From IMG/VR virus record IMGVR_UViG_3300035670_000193, positions 1,154-65,153 of that record: a DNA stretch of 64,000 bases. One strand, written 5' to 3'. The notes beneath the pieces are model-generated. The model worked only from the letters and a program-made list of their open reading frames with translations, was not told the origin of the DNA and searched no databases. This stretch comes from a virus (Duplodnaviria; Caudoviricetes). Shown piece after piece: positions 23,488 through 34,204 of this stretch (position 1 is its first letter; each line of letters opens with the position of its first letter). Position numbers and translations under genes: made by a program.

Positions 23488-24579
23488 ATGCCAATTGAAA
23501 CTAGGAAAGGTCAGATAAAAATAAATCGTGGAAGCATTAATATCAATGAAGATAAGGAAGATGAATTATTTCCTTTTACATCTTTTACTTTTTTAAATGG
23601 AAATGTTGCATCAAGCGAGACCAGTATTGATAACTTTGTTTCATTCTACAAAACAAAACTTGGATTAAATTTTAGTAGTAATTCTTGGATAGACAATGCT
23701 GAATATTTTAGTCAAGTTGGTGGCATTCAATATTTTACTGTACCGAGAACAGGTACATATAAAATAGTAGCTAGAGGTGCACCATCTGGAACTTGTTATT
23801 CTACTTTTAGTGGACCCAAGTATTCTTCTGGTGCAACAGTAATTGGAGATTTTGACTTAGTTGCAGGTCAAATAATAAAAATATTAGTTGGTAAAAGAGG
23901 TTCAAATACTTATAGTACTTGCGTTGGTTCAGGCGGTGGCGGCGGTGGAGGAACTTTTATTGTGGATGATGCATCAAACACAGCTATAGTTGTGGCTGGA
24001 GGCGGTGGCGGCGGAGGACAGGATTCGACCGGTCCAATAGTTTGGACTGCCATCAATTATGGAAACGCAAACACAACTGGCGGTGGAGCTTATCCAACCA
24101 ATGGAAGACCAGGCGGTGGCTTTAATTCTGGGACAGAAGGTTCAGGAGGTAATGGAGGAGATACACCAGGAGGTACAAGTTGTGCTGCTGTAGCAGGAAG
24201 TGGTGCAGGTTTTTCAGGAAATGGTCTTGGAGGCCCCAATCCAATTCAACTTACTTCTAATCATGGAAAATCTTTTTTAAATGGTGGTGCCGGCGGACTT
24301 TATAGTGCATCAGCATTTGGAGGTTATGGTGGCGGAGGTTCTACTGGTGCTTCAGGATATTCTGGTGGTGGAGGAGGAGGATATTCTGGTGGAGGAGGAG
24401 GAGGTCTAGATAATTGTAGCTGTACCGACCTTGGCGGTGGTGGAGGCGGTGGATGTTATTTCAATCCAGTTTGGGTATCATCACCAGTAACATTTACAGT
24501 ATATAATGCTCCTCCTGCAAGCCCAGTATCTATTCCTGAATTTGATGCAGGAAATGTCACCGTTACTCTTGTATCATAA
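23488..24579 (+). CDS. Glycine-rich domain virion protein
   Basis: FTVP.TGTYKIVARGA, GGGGGTF, and VAGGGGGGG repeats. Confidence 0.6.
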   Translation: MPIETRKGQIKINRGSININEDKEDELFPFTSFTFLNGNVASSETSIDNFVSFYKTKLGLNFSSNSWIDNAEYFSQVGGIQYFTVPRTGTYKIVARGAPSGTCYSTFSGPKYSSGATVIGDFDLVAGQIIKILVGKRGSNTYSTCVGSGGGGGGGTFIVDDASNTAIVVAGGGGGGGQDSTGPIVWTAINYGNANTTGGGAYPTNGRPGGGFNSGTEGSGGNGGDTPGGTSCAAVAGSGAGFSGNGLGGPNPIQLTSNHGKSFLNGGAGGLYSASAFGGYGGGGSTGASGYSGGGGGGYSGGGGGGLDNCSCTDLGGGGGGGCYFNPVWVSSPVTFTVYNAPPASPVSIPEFDAGNVTVTLVS

Positions 24580-24607
24580 ATTTAAAAAAAGGTAAAATAA
24601 ATATAAG

Positions 24608-25288
24608 ATGGCTGATTCAGATAAAAACATTCTCATATATCCTAATGTAGGTTCTTCTGACGAACCTAACATTACCTTTTTGTCTGCGAATACAGGGCTT
24701 ACAGCACAAACTATTGTGTTGAAAGCAAACACCGCCAATGGTGGTTCCCTATTGTTTACAGATATAATTGGAAATCAACTATTTGTTATTCGAAACGGTT
24801 TAGATGACGAAGCAGAACTTTCTGTTTCAGGAAATGTCTTTATCACACAAGATGCATCAATAGGTAGAGCTCTAGCTGTTGGTGCCATTGCACCAGATAT
24901 AGCTAATACTGGTTCAATTCGTGCATCAAATGACATTACGGCATTTTTTTCAGACAAAAGATTAAAAGACATTGAAGGTGTTATACCTGACGCTCTAGAA
25001 AAAATTTCAAAAATTAGTGGAGTATATTACACCGAAAATCAATTAGCAGAATCTTTTGGATTTAACAACAAAGGAAGAAAAGTTGGTGTAATTGCACAAG
25101 AAATACAACAAGTGTTGCCTGAAGTTATTAAACCTGCGCCATTTGATAGGACAAATGTAAATGGTGAAGATGTATCAAAATCAGGACAAGAATATTTAAC
25201 AGTACAATACGAAAAAATTGTACCCCTACTCATCGAAGCAATCAAAGAATTAAATGATAGAGTAGACAAATTAGAAAGAGGTAAATAA
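24608..25288 (+). CDS. Short fibre protein with S74 intramolecular chaperone
   Basis: SDKRLK..GVIAQEIQQVLPEV..YEKIVPLLIEAIKEL. Confidence 0.7.
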   Translation: MADSDKNILIYPNVGSSDEPNITFLSANTGLTAQTIVLKANTANGGSLLFTDIIGNQLFVIRNGLDDEAELSVSGNVFITQDASIGRALAVGAIAPDIANTGSIRASNDITAFFSDKRLKDIEGVIPDALEKISKISGVYYTENQLAESFGFNNKGRKVGVIAQEIQQVLPEVIKPAPFDRTNVNGEDVSKSGQEYLTVQYEKIVPLLIEAIKELNDRVDKLERGK

Positions 25289-26061
25289 TGGCAGCTCCAT
25301 CTTCAAGAGAACAACTCAAAGATTATTGTCTGCGTAGATTAGGATTTCCTGTCATTGATATTAACGTAGACCCCGACCAAGTTGAAGACCGAATCGATGA
25401 TGCTTTGCAATATTGGCAAGATTATCATTTTGACGGCCTTCAAAAAGTTTATTGGGTTAAAACAATTGACCAAACGGATGTAAACAATACTTACTTAGAT
25501 GCATCTACGGCAATAGACAGCAACAACAATAGTGTAGAATTAGTTGGTGTTACAAGAATATTTCCACTTTATGATTCTCAGGCAACAATTAATATGTTTG
25601 ACCTTAGATATCAGCTTCGTTTAAATGAACTCTATGACTTCACCTCCGCATCGTACATCAATTACACCATGACTATGCAGCATCTACGTATGTTAGAACA
25701 ACTATTTACTGGAGAAGTTCCTATTCGTTATCAAAGACATATGGAAAGATTGTACATAGATTGGGCATGGGGAGCATCTGAAGCACCAGTTGGCACAGTA
25801 GTGGTTGCTGAAGCTTACGCCATTATTGACCCAAATGCCTATCATAGAGTTTGGAATGACCGATGGTTAAAAGAGTATGCAACGGCACTTATTAAAAGAA
25901 CTTGGGGAAACAATCTTAAAAAGTTTTCTGGTTTACAATTGCCAGGTGGTGTCACATTAAATGGTGATAAAATATACGAAGAAGCAGTAGAAGAAATTAA
26001 CGAATTAGAGAAAGAGATGGAAAATAATTACGGCGGCGTATTAGAATTCTATCTAAACTAA
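25288..26061 (+). CDS. gp13: Neck protein gp13
   Basis: LKDYCLRRLGFPVIDINVD..Q and WGNNLKKFSGLQLPGGVTLNG. Confidence 0.9.
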   Translation: MAAPSSREQLKDYCLRRLGFPVIDINVDPDQVEDRIDDALQYWQDYHFDGLQKVYWVKTIDQTDVNNTYLDASTAIDSNNNSVELVGVTRIFPLYDSQATINMFDLRYQLRLNELYDFTSASYINYTMTMQHLRMLEQLFTGEVPIRYQRHMERLYIDWAWGASEAPVGTVVVAEAYAIIDPNAYHRVWNDRWLKEYATALIKRTWGNNLKKFSGLQLPGGVTLNGDKIYEEAVEEINELEKEMENNYGGVLEFYLN

Positions 26062-26062
26062 A

Positions 26063-26941
26063 ATGGCAACATCACCATATTTTAATAATTACGGCAGTAT
26101 AGCTGAACAAAGAGTCATTGAAGACTTGATTGTTGAGTCAATCAAAGTTATGGGCTTTGATGCTTTTTATTTGCCCAATAATAATGATGCAGCTCGTGAT
26201 TTGTTATATGGTGAAGACCCTGTTAAAAAATTCAATTCATCTTTTCCAGTAGAGATGTACCTTTCAAATATTATGAACTATGGTGGTGAACAAGACTTCT
26301 TTTCTAAATTTGGTTTAGAAATTAAAGACCAAGTTAATGTATTAGTTTCAAGACGTTCTTTTAATCAAAGAACACCACAAAATATTTTAACCAGACCTAG
26401 AGAAGGTGACCTTGTTTGGATTCCTTTTCTAAATGGTTTTGGTGAATTGTATGAAATTAAATTTGTAGAACAAGCAAAAGACTTTGCTATGTTAGGTAGA
26501 AAGTATCCATATTTTTATGAATTATACTTAGAAAAATTCCGTTACTCACAAGAAGTTATCGATACTGGTCAACCAGACATTGATGATGTTGTTACTAAAT
26601 CTGCATACACATTGACTTTAAATACTGGTGCTGGAACAGGAACTTATACTTTGGGTGAATATGTCTATCAATCGTCTGCCAATATTCAAACTGCAACATC
26701 TATTGCAACAATACAATCTTGGACACCAAGCGCAAATACATTAACAGTCACAAACATTAAAGGTGAATTTACTGTTGGTTCAACATTAAAAGGTAACACA
26801 AGTAACGCACAATATGTTCTTTCTAGTTATGATGTACTAGAAGACCCAGCAATAGAAGAAAATTACGATAACAAATTTATTTACGATTCTGCCAATTCAG
26901 TTGTTGATTTATCAGAATCTAATCCGTTTGGGTTACTATAA
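26063..26941 (+). CDS. gp14: Neck/head completion protein gp14
   Basis: EQRVIEDLIVESIK, FSKFGLEIKD, RPREGDL, C-terminal DLSESNPFG. Confidence 0.9.
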   Translation: MATSPYFNNYGSIAEQRVIEDLIVESIKVMGFDAFYLPNNNDAARDLLYGEDPVKKFNSSFPVEMYLSNIMNYGGEQDFFSKFGLEIKDQVNVLVSRRSFNQRTPQNILTRPREGDLVWIPFLNGFGELYEIKFVEQAKDFAMLGRKYPYFYELYLEKFRYSQEVIDTGQPDIDDVVTKSAYTLTLNTGAGTGTYTLGEYVYQSSANIQTATSIATIQSWTPSANTLTVTNIKGEFTVGSTLKGNTSNAQYVLSSYDVLEDPAIEENYDNKFIYDSANSVVDLSESNPFGLL

Positions 26942-27945
26942 TGGCAGATATTCAATATAACAGAATCATTCGAAAATATGTTTTAGGATTTGGTAGTCTT
27001 TTCGATAAGATTACTATGGTGCGTTATAATCTCGACCAAACTGAACAAGAAAGATTTATTATTCCAATCGCATACGCACCAAAAGAATTGTATGTGATGC
27101 GTTTGCAAGGTGACCCAGATTTAGATAAAAAAATTCAAATGGCTTTACCTAGATTTTCTTTCGAAATGACGGGTTTAACATACGACTCAACAAGAAAACA
27201 AAATACAAATTGGAAAACATTTGTCAACACAGCTTCTGGTGTAAAGTCAATTTATAATCCAGTACCATATAACTTTGATTTTTCTCTCTATCTATATGTT
27301 CGTAACATTGAAGATGGTACACAAGTTATGGAACAAATTCTTCCATACTTTACACCAGATTACACCATTAAATTAAATTTAATACCTGAGATGGGCATTA
27401 TTAAAGAAGTGCCGATTGTTTTAAACTCTACTAGTTATGATATTGATTATGAAGGAACAAGAGAAAGAGATACGAGAATCGTAATATGGACACTAAACTT
27501 TACAGTCAAAGGTTTTATTTTTGGTAAAACATCAGATACAGGACTCATTAAGACTTCAATCACGAATGTTTTAAATAATATAAATTCTGGAACACAAGTC
27601 ATTTTTGATATGGCAAATACCGGTAATGGAATATATCAAACTGGAGAAATTGCATATCAAGGTTTCAGTTTAGGTAATGCAACAGCATCAGGTAAAGTTG
27701 TAAGTTGGAGTAATACAACTTCAGAACTTACGATGACAGATATAAATGGAAACTTTGTATCTTCTACTCCTGTCATAGGTTCTTTAAGTAATGCACAATA
27801 CAACTTTGTTTCTTATAAGGTTGCTCCAGTAAACTTTGCTACAATTACTGTTAGACCTGACCCATCTACCGCCAACGTTGATGATTACTATTCTTATAAT
27901 GTTTCAATTTATGAAGTTGCAAACTCTGGTATTTCTTATGGATGA
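26941..27945 (+). CDS. gp15: Tail sheath stabilizer/terminator gp15
   Basis: IPIAYAPKE, LPRFSFEM, PVPYN, EQILPYFTP, IWTLNFTVKG. Confidence 0.9.
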   Translation: MADIQYNRIIRKYVLGFGSLFDKITMVRYNLDQTEQERFIIPIAYAPKELYVMRLQGDPDLDKKIQMALPRFSFEMTGLTYDSTRKQNTNWKTFVNTASGVKSIYNPVPYNFDFSLYLYVRNIEDGTQVMEQILPYFTPDYTIKLNLIPEMGIIKEVPIVLNSTSYDIDYEGTRERDTRIVIWTLNFTVKGFIFGKTSDTGLIKTSITNVLNNINSGTQVIFDMANTGNGIYQTGEIAYQGFSLGNATASGKVVSWSNTTSELTMTDINGNFVSSTPVIGSLSNAQYNFVSYKVAPVNFATITVRPDPSTANVDDYYSYNVSIYEVANSGISYG

Positions 27946-27950
27946 TAACT

Positions 27951-28373
27951 ATGTCTGATTTTGATAAAAAAATGGAAGAAATTTTTGATGTGCCGGCAAA
28001 AGTAATTAAAAAAGATGTTGTTGAAAAACCAAAAACACTTGTACAACATTATAACGAAGCAGACGTTAAACAAGATTTAAACGATGCTTACCAGCAATCA
28101 AAAGAAAACATACAAGAAATAATTGACCAAGGCAAAGAAGCAATGGAAGAAATTCTACAAATTGCCAAAGCAGGTCAACACCCTCGAGCTTTTGAGGTGT
28201 ATGGTACTTTGCTCAAAAATATGGTTGAAGCAAACGACCGATTATTAAAAATTCAAAAAGAAATGCGTGACATGGAAGGTGTTAAAAAGGAAACTAATAA
28301 CACCAACATCGATAAAGCAATTTTCGTAGGTTCTACCGCAGAATTAAGTAAACTAATCAAAGGTAAGGAATGA
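27951..28373 (+). CDS. gp16: Terminase small subunit gp16
   Basis: HPRAFEV and AIFVGSTAEL motifs; immediately upstream of gp17. Confidence 0.88.
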   Translation: MSDFDKKMEEIFDVPAKVIKKDVVEKPKTLVQHYNEADVKQDLNDAYQQSKENIQEIIDQGKEAMEEILQIAKAGQHPRAFEVYGTLLKNMVEANDRLLKIQKEMRDMEGVKKETNNTNIDKAIFVGSTAELSKLIKGKE

Positions 28374-30034
28374 AAAAAGAATCTTACCGTGACAACCCCC
28401 TACTTAAAAGAGTAGGGGTCAAAGTAAATTTCACACAAGAACAAGTTGATGAATACATCAAATGTTCTCAAGACCCTATTTACTTTGCCAAATATATTAA
28501 AATTATTACACTTGATGAGGGTGTAACAAATTTCAATATGTATGATTTTCAAAGAGACATGATTAGCACGTTCCATGAAAATCGATTTGTTATTATGAAA
28601 TGTCCTCGACAGGTTGGTAAAACTACCACAACTGTTGCATATCTTCTTTGGACAATTTTATTCCAAGATGCTCAAAGTGTTGCAGTTCTGGCCAACCGTG
28701 GTGAAACTGCACGTGGTATTCTTAGCAAATTGCAACTTGCATATGAAAATTTACCTATGTGGTTACAGCAAGGTGTGGTTGAATGGAACAAAGGTCGTGT
28801 AGAACTAGAAAATGGTTCTGTCATTATCGCTTCATCAACCTCATCATCTGCTGCTCGTTCAGGTTCTTTTAACATCGTTTTCTTAGATGAGTTTGCTTTC
28901 GTTCCAGCAAACATCGCTACAGACTTCTTCACATCTGTATATCCTGTTATTACTGCTGGTACAAAAACAAAGATTATCATTGTTTCTACACCTAATGGTA
29001 TGAATTTGTTCTATAAAATATGGAACGATGCAGTCAATAAGAATAACAATTATGTTCCATTTGAAGTTCACTGGTCTATGGTACCAGGTCGTGATGAAAA
29101 ATGGAAAGAAGAAACGATACGAAATACATCTGAAAGACAGTTCAGACAGGAGTTTGAAACTGAGTTCTTGGGTTCATCAAATACACTTGTTTCTGGTTTA
29201 AAATTACAACAACTTGCATATAAACAACACATTGCAGAACATGATGCAATGAAAATATACAAAAAACCAGTTAAAGGTGATGATGAAAACTCAAAAGACC
29301 ATTTATATGCAATACTTGTAGACGTATCTGAAGGTAAAGGATTAGATTATTCTTCATTCTCAGTCATAGATATTTCTACCACACCATATGAACAGGTGGC
29401 CACCTATAGAAGTTCATCTGTTTCTGTAATACTTTTTCCAACAGTCATCTATAATGCCGCCAGATACTATAACGATGCTTATGTTTTAGTTGAAATAAAT
29501 AATAATCCACAGGTGGCAGACATGATTCACCAAGACCTTGAATATGAAAATTTATTCAAGGTATTTACAGGTAACAAAAAACCACAACAGTTATCTGCTG
29601 GTTTTGCTAGAGGTATACAGTTAGGTTTAAAAATGTCTCCACAAGTCAAACGAATAGGTTGTTCAAACCTCAAGACTTTGATTGAAGGTGATAAATTATT
29701 AATTAATGATTTTGATACAATTTCTGAATTAACCACTTTTGTGGCAGATAAAACATCATTCTCAGCCGAATCTGGTTCAAATGATGACATGGTAATGGGT
29801 TTAGTAATGTTTGGATGGGCGACAACTCAAAAATATTTTAGAGAAATCGTCAATCACGACATTCGAAAACAAATTCAACTTGAAAATATGAATCAAGTAG
29901 ACGAAGAGATGCTTCCAGCACCAGTAATCGAAAATGGTTTAGAACCAGATTTAATTCTTCAAGGTGGAGATGTTTGGGAAGTTGCAGATGGCACAGAAAC
30001 ATACTCTAGTTATGTGAGAGATATACATAGATAA
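28370..30034 (+). CDS. gp17: Terminase large subunit gp17
   Basis: Walker A PRQVGKTTT, Walker B FLDEFAF, STPNG, nuclease DVSEG and DDMVM. Confidence 0.95.
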   Translation: MKKESYRDNPLLKRVGVKVNFTQEQVDEYIKCSQDPIYFAKYIKIITLDEGVTNFNMYDFQRDMISTFHENRFVIMKCPRQVGKTTTTVAYLLWTILFQDAQSVAVLANRGETARGILSKLQLAYENLPMWLQQGVVEWNKGRVELENGSVIIASSTSSSAARSGSFNIVFLDEFAFVPANIATDFFTSVYPVITAGTKTKIIIVSTPNGMNLFYKIWNDAVNKNNNYVPFEVHWSMVPGRDEKWKEETIRNTSERQFRQEFETEFLGSSNTLVSGLKLQQLAYKQHIAEHDAMKIYKKPVKGDDENSKDHLYAILVDVSEGKGLDYSSFSVIDISTTPYEQVATYRSSSVSVILFPTVIYNAARYYNDAYVLVEINNNPQVADMIHQDLEYENLFKVFTGNKKPQQLSAGFARGIQLGLKMSPQVKRIGCSNLKTLIEGDKLLINDFDTISELTTFVADKTSFSAESGSNDDMVMGLVMFGWATTQKYFREIVNHDIRKQIQLENMNQVDEEMLPAPVIENGLEPDLILQGGDVWEVADGTETYSSYVRDIHR

Positions 30035-30113
30035 GACTATAAATGTTGCCATTCATAAATATCAATATGGTTTTAAATGCCATCAAAACATATAATAATC
30101 AAGGAGAAAACAA

Positions 30114-31886
30114 ATGCCATTTCAATTGTCTCCAGGCGTAGTTGTTTCTGAGGTTGACCTTACTACGGTCGTTCCTGCGGTTTCAACATCAGCCGGCGCT
30201 TTTGCTGGAGGCTTCTTATGGGGTCCAGTAAACAAAAGAGTTCTAATTCCAAACGAAGATGTTTTAGGAAGAACATTTTCATTTCCAGATGCAAATACTT
30301 ATGTTGAATTCTTTACTTGTTCTAGTTTTTTAGCTTATGCTGATAACCTAACTGTTGTTCGTGCAGCTAATACATCAACAACATTTAATGCAATTGCAAA
30401 TACTACTTTAGCTGCTATAGAAGGAACTTGTATACCAAACGAAGATGTTTTTCAACCAACATATCTGTTACAGAAAAATAACGACACATTTGGACCATTT
30501 ATGGCACGTTACCCAGGAGCTCTTGGTAACTCATTAATGGTTTCTATGATTGATGCTGGTGCAGTAAATCCTGATGGTTCTGTTGATACAGCTAATGTGT
30601 TTAATCAATGGCCATATGAATCATATTTCTCAGGTGCTCCAAATACTTCCACATCTTCTGCATCTTCTGGAGGTGCATATGATGAATTACACATTGTCGT
30701 TATAGACAAATTAGGATATTTAAGTCAAGGCGTTGCAAATACAGTACTTGAAGTATTTCCATTCTTATCAAAAGCAGAAGACGCTATTGATTCATTAGGT
30801 AATTCAAATTACTATAAACAAGTAATTTTTGACCAATCTAAATTCATTTATGCTGTAGACCCACCCGATTATGCAAATACCAATACAACTTGGGGTTCTT
30901 CGTTTATTGGTACACAATTTGCAAGAATTCAATCTACCGCTACTGCAAATCAATACTCTACTTGGTCAACATCTAGTCTTGTAGGTGGTGCTGATGGTGC
31001 AATAACAACTGCAGCTCTACAAACTGCTTGGGATGAATTCACAAATGCTGATGAAGTAGATATTTCTTTAGCAATTACTGGTGACCCAGGCACAACAGTA
31101 CAACAATACGTAATTGACAATATTGCAAATCAACGTAAAGACTGTGTTGCATTCCTTTCACCACCATCAACAGCTGTTATTAACAATGCTGGTAGTGAAA
31201 CAAACGATATTACAACTTGGATTAATTCACTTGCTCGTTCAACTTCTTATGCAGTTGTCGATTCTGGTTGGAAATATATGTTTGACAAGTATAACAACAC
31301 ATATCGTTGGGTGCCACTCAATGGTGACATTGCCGGTTTGTGTGCGTATACCGACCAGGTGCGTGATGCATGGTGGTCACCAGCAGGATTCAATCGTGGT
31401 AACTTAAAGAATGTTGTTCGTCTTGCATGGAATCCAAACAAAACTTACAGAGATGTGTTATATTCAACCGGTGTAAACCCTGTTGCAACGTTCCCAGGAA
31501 ATGGTACTGTTCTGTACGGTGATAAAACACTACAAGCAAAACCATCTGCGTTTGACCGTATCAATGTTCGCCGACTGTTTATTGTCTTAGAAAAGGCAAT
31601 TGCTCGGGCAGCTAAATACTCTCTGTTTGAATTCAACGATGAATTTACAAGAGCTCAGTTTGTTGCACTTGTAACACCATTCTTGCGTGATGTACAAGGT
31701 CGCCGTGGCATCTATGACTTCCGTGTTGTTTGTGATACTACAAATAATACACCACAAGTTATTGATTCTAATCAATTCGTTGGTGACATTTATATCAAGC
31801 CTGCTCGTTCTATCAACTTTATCCAGTTGAACTTCGTTGCAGTAAGAACTGGCGTTGACTTTACAGAAGTCGTTGGTAAGTTCTAA
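30114..31886 (+). CDS. gp18: Tail sheath protein gp18
   Basis: SPGVVVSEVDLT, WWSPAGFNRG, FDRINVRRLF, KPARSINFIQLNF. Confidence 0.95.
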   Translation: MPFQLSPGVVVSEVDLTTVVPAVSTSAGAFAGGFLWGPVNKRVLIPNEDVLGRTFSFPDANTYVEFFTCSSFLAYADNLTVVRAANTSTTFNAIANTTLAAIEGTCIPNEDVFQPTYLLQKNNDTFGPFMARYPGALGNSLMVSMIDAGAVNPDGSVDTANVFNQWPYESYFSGAPNTSTSSASSGGAYDELHIVVIDKLGYLSQGVANTVLEVFPFLSKAEDAIDSLGNSNYYKQVIFDQSKFIYAVDPPDYANTNTTWGSSFIGTQFARIQSTATANQYSTWSTSSLVGGADGAITTAALQTAWDEFTNADEVDISLAITGDPGTTVQQYVIDNIANQRKDCVAFLSPPSTAVINNAGSETNDITTWINSLARSTSYAVVDSGWKYMFDKYNNTYRWVPLNGDIAGLCAYTDQVRDAWWSPAGFNRGNLKNVVRLAWNPNKTYRDVLYSTGVNPVATFPGNGTVLYGDKTLQAKPSAFDRINVRRLFIVLEKAIARAAKYSLFEFNDEFTRAQFVALVTPFLRDVQGRRGIYDFRVVCDTTNNTPQVIDSNQFVGDIYIKPARSINFIQLNFVAVRTGVDFTEVVGKF

Positions 31887-31915
31887 TAAATAATTCAACG
31901 ATATAGGAGAAAAGA

Positions 31916-32458
31916 ATGGCATTCAATGTAGCAGAATTTAGAGCGAATATGATTGGAGACGGTGCCCGTCCTAATCTATTTCAAGTCTCTTTAACGTTCC
32001 CTACCTTTGCTGCAGGTGGTGCTGTTGCCGCATCTAAAACAACATTCATGGCGAAAGCTGCACAGTTACCTGGTTCAACAATTGGCCAGGTACCTGTGTT
32101 TTATTTTGGTCGTGAATTAAAATTTGCTGGCAATAGAAGCTTCGCAGACTGGACACTACAAGTTATCAATGATGAAGACTTTGCAGTACGCAACGCAATG
32201 GAATCATGGATGAACGGTATCAACAGTCACGCAAGTAACCTACGTAATGGTCAAGCAACATCACCATCAGGTTATTCTGTAGATGCAGAAGTTACACAAT
32301 ACAGTAAAGCAGGTGAAGCACTCAAGACATATAAATTTGTCGGTATGTTCCCACTCGATTTGGCACCAATTGATTTAGATTGGGGTTCAAATGATACCAT
32401 TGAAGAATACAGCGTAACATTCGCATATCAATGGTGGGAAGCAATTACAACAAGTTAA
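31916..32458 (+). CDS. gp19: Tail tube protein gp19
   Basis: GARPNLF, FGRELKFAG.R.F.DW, IEEYSVTFAYQWW. Confidence 0.95.
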   Translation: MAFNVAEFRANMIGDGARPNLFQVSLTFPTFAAGGAVAASKTTFMAKAAQLPGSTIGQVPVFYFGRELKFAGNRSFADWTLQVINDEDFAVRNAMESWMNGINSHASNLRNGQATSPSGYSVDAEVTQYSKAGEALKTYKFVGMFPLDLAPIDLDWGSNDTIEEYSVTFAYQWWEAITTS

Positions 32459-32474
32459 TATATACTATTATTAC

Positions 32475-32496
32475 GGAGAGAACTTCGGTTCTCTCC
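32475..32496 (+). terminator. UUCG hairpin after gp19 (terminator or stabilising hairpin)
   Basis: ggagagaac-ttcg-gttctctcc is a perfect 9-bp stem; the U-tract is weak. Confidence 0.55.
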
Positions 32497-32527
32497 ACTA
32501 TGATTTATTTGAATTGGAAAAAAATAT

Positions 32528-34204
32528 ATGGCTGATAGCAAATTCTCTCTTTTTGGATTTACAATTGCACGAAAGAAGGCTGAAGATGAGCAGCTCGTGC
32601 AACAATCCTTCACGCCCCCACAAAACGATGATGGTGCGCTTACTATTCAATCGGCCGCATATTATGGTACATATGTTGACTTAGACGGCACGGCAAAAAA
32701 TGAAGTAGAATTGATTTCACGATATCGTGAGATGGCAATGCAACCAGAAATTGAAGCTGCCATTGATGATATTGTCAATGAAGCAGTCGTACAAGATGAT
32801 GATGGTACAATTTTAAATATTGTGCTTGACAAACTAGACCAACCAGAAAAAATCAAAAAAGCAATTAAAGAAGAATTCAATGTCATATTAAGATTATTAA
32901 ACTACAATAATATGGCACATGACATTTTCCGTAGATACTATGTTGACGGAAGAATGTATTATCAAGTGGTAATTAATAAAGAAAATCCACTTGAAGGTAT
33001 TAAAGAACTAAGATATATCGACCCACGTAAACTACGTAAAGTACGTGAGATTAAAAAAAGAAAAGACGAAAGAACTGGTGTAGAGGTTGTTGATGTTATT
33101 AATGAGTATTACATTTACAACGATAAAGTAACTACGGGCGCATCAAGTAATTTTGGTCCTGTAGGTGTTAGAATCACAACAGATTCTATTCTATCAGTTG
33201 TTTCTGGACTGATGGATTCCCGTCGTGCGGTCGTTCTGAGTTATCTACATAAGGCAATTAAGCCTCTCAATCAGTTACGAATGATTGAAGATGCAACGGT
33301 CATTTATCGTATATCAAGAGCGCCTGAACGCCGCATCTTTTACATTGATGTAGGTAATTTGCCAAAATTAAAGGCAGAACAATATCTGCGTGACATTATG
33401 ATTAAGTATAAAAACAAGCTTGTCTATGATGCACAAACAGGTGAAGTGAGAGATGACCGCAAATTCTTATCAATGATGGAAGATTTTTGGTTACCACGAA
33501 GAGAAGGTGGTAAAGGTACAGAAATCTCAACATTACCTGGTGGTCAAAACTTAGGTGAACTAGAAGATGTTAAGTACTTTGAAAAGAAATTATACAAGTC
33601 ACTTAATGTTCCAGTCTCTCGTTTAAATCCAGAACAAAACGGTTTCTCACTCGGTCGTGTATCTGAAATCACACGTGACGAACTTAAATTTGCCAAGTTT
33701 GTTGACCGTATGCGTAACAAGTTTTCTGAATTGTTTGACCAAGCATTACGTGTACAATGCGTATTAAAAGGCATTTGTACCGCAGAAGAATGGGACGAAT
33801 TTAAAGAATACATCTATTATAGTTTTGTTAAAGATAATAACTTTGCAGAACTCAAAGATGCAGAGTTAATGAGAGAAAGATTATCTTTATTGGCAACTAT
33901 TGACCCCTATACAGGTCGTTATTTCTCACAAGCATGGATTCAACGTAACGTATTACGTTTGAATGATGACCAAATTCAAGAAATGCAAGAAGAAATAGAA
34001 GAAGAAAAAGAAGCAGGTTTAGGATTACCAACACCAGCACTTCAACAACAACAAATGGTTGATATGGGTATGATACCTGACCCAATGGCAAATCCAGACC
34101 AAGGTGCAGGTGTTGAACCAACTGTTCCGAGTAATCAATCACAAGTTCAACCAACAAATACCTCTGAAGAATCGACATTGGTAAAATTGAAAAGAATATT
34201 ATAA
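32528..34204 (+). CDS. gp20: Portal vertex protein gp20
   Basis: YLHKAIKPLNQLRMIEDA.VIYRISRAPERRIFYIDVGN and EDFWLPRREGGKGTEI. Confidence 0.95.
   Translation: MADSKFSLFGFTIARKKAEDEQLVQQSFTPPQNDDGALTIQSAAYYGTYVDLDGTAKNEVELISRYREMAMQPEIEAAIDDIVNEAVVQDDDGTILNIVLDKLDQPEKIKKAIKEEFNVILRLLNYNNMAHDIFRRYYVDGRMYYQVVINKENPLEGIKELRYIDPRKLRKVREIKKRKDERTGVEVVDVINEYYIYNDKVTTGASSNFGPVGVRITTDSILSVVSGLMDSRRAVVLSYLHKAIKPLNQLRMIEDATVIYRISRAPERRIFYIDVGNLPKLKAEQYLRDIMIKYKNKLVYDAQTGEVRDDRKFLSMMEDFWLPRREGGKGTEISTLPGGQNLGELEDVKYFEKKLYKSLNVPVSRLNPEQNGFSLGRVSEITRDELKFAKFVDRMRNKFSELFDQALRVQCVLKGICTAEEWDEFKEYIYYSFVKDNNFAELKDAELMRERLSLLATIDPYTGRYFSQAWIQRNVLRLNDDQIQEMQEEIEEEKEAGLGLPTPALQQQQMVDMGMIPDPMANPDQGAGVEPTVPSNQSQVQPTNTSEESTLVKLKRIL

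Noticed and set aside
23930-24460. GC-rich GGN runs as a foreign island or G-quadruplex
   Set aside because: Explained by poly-glycine coding in a glycine-rich domain.
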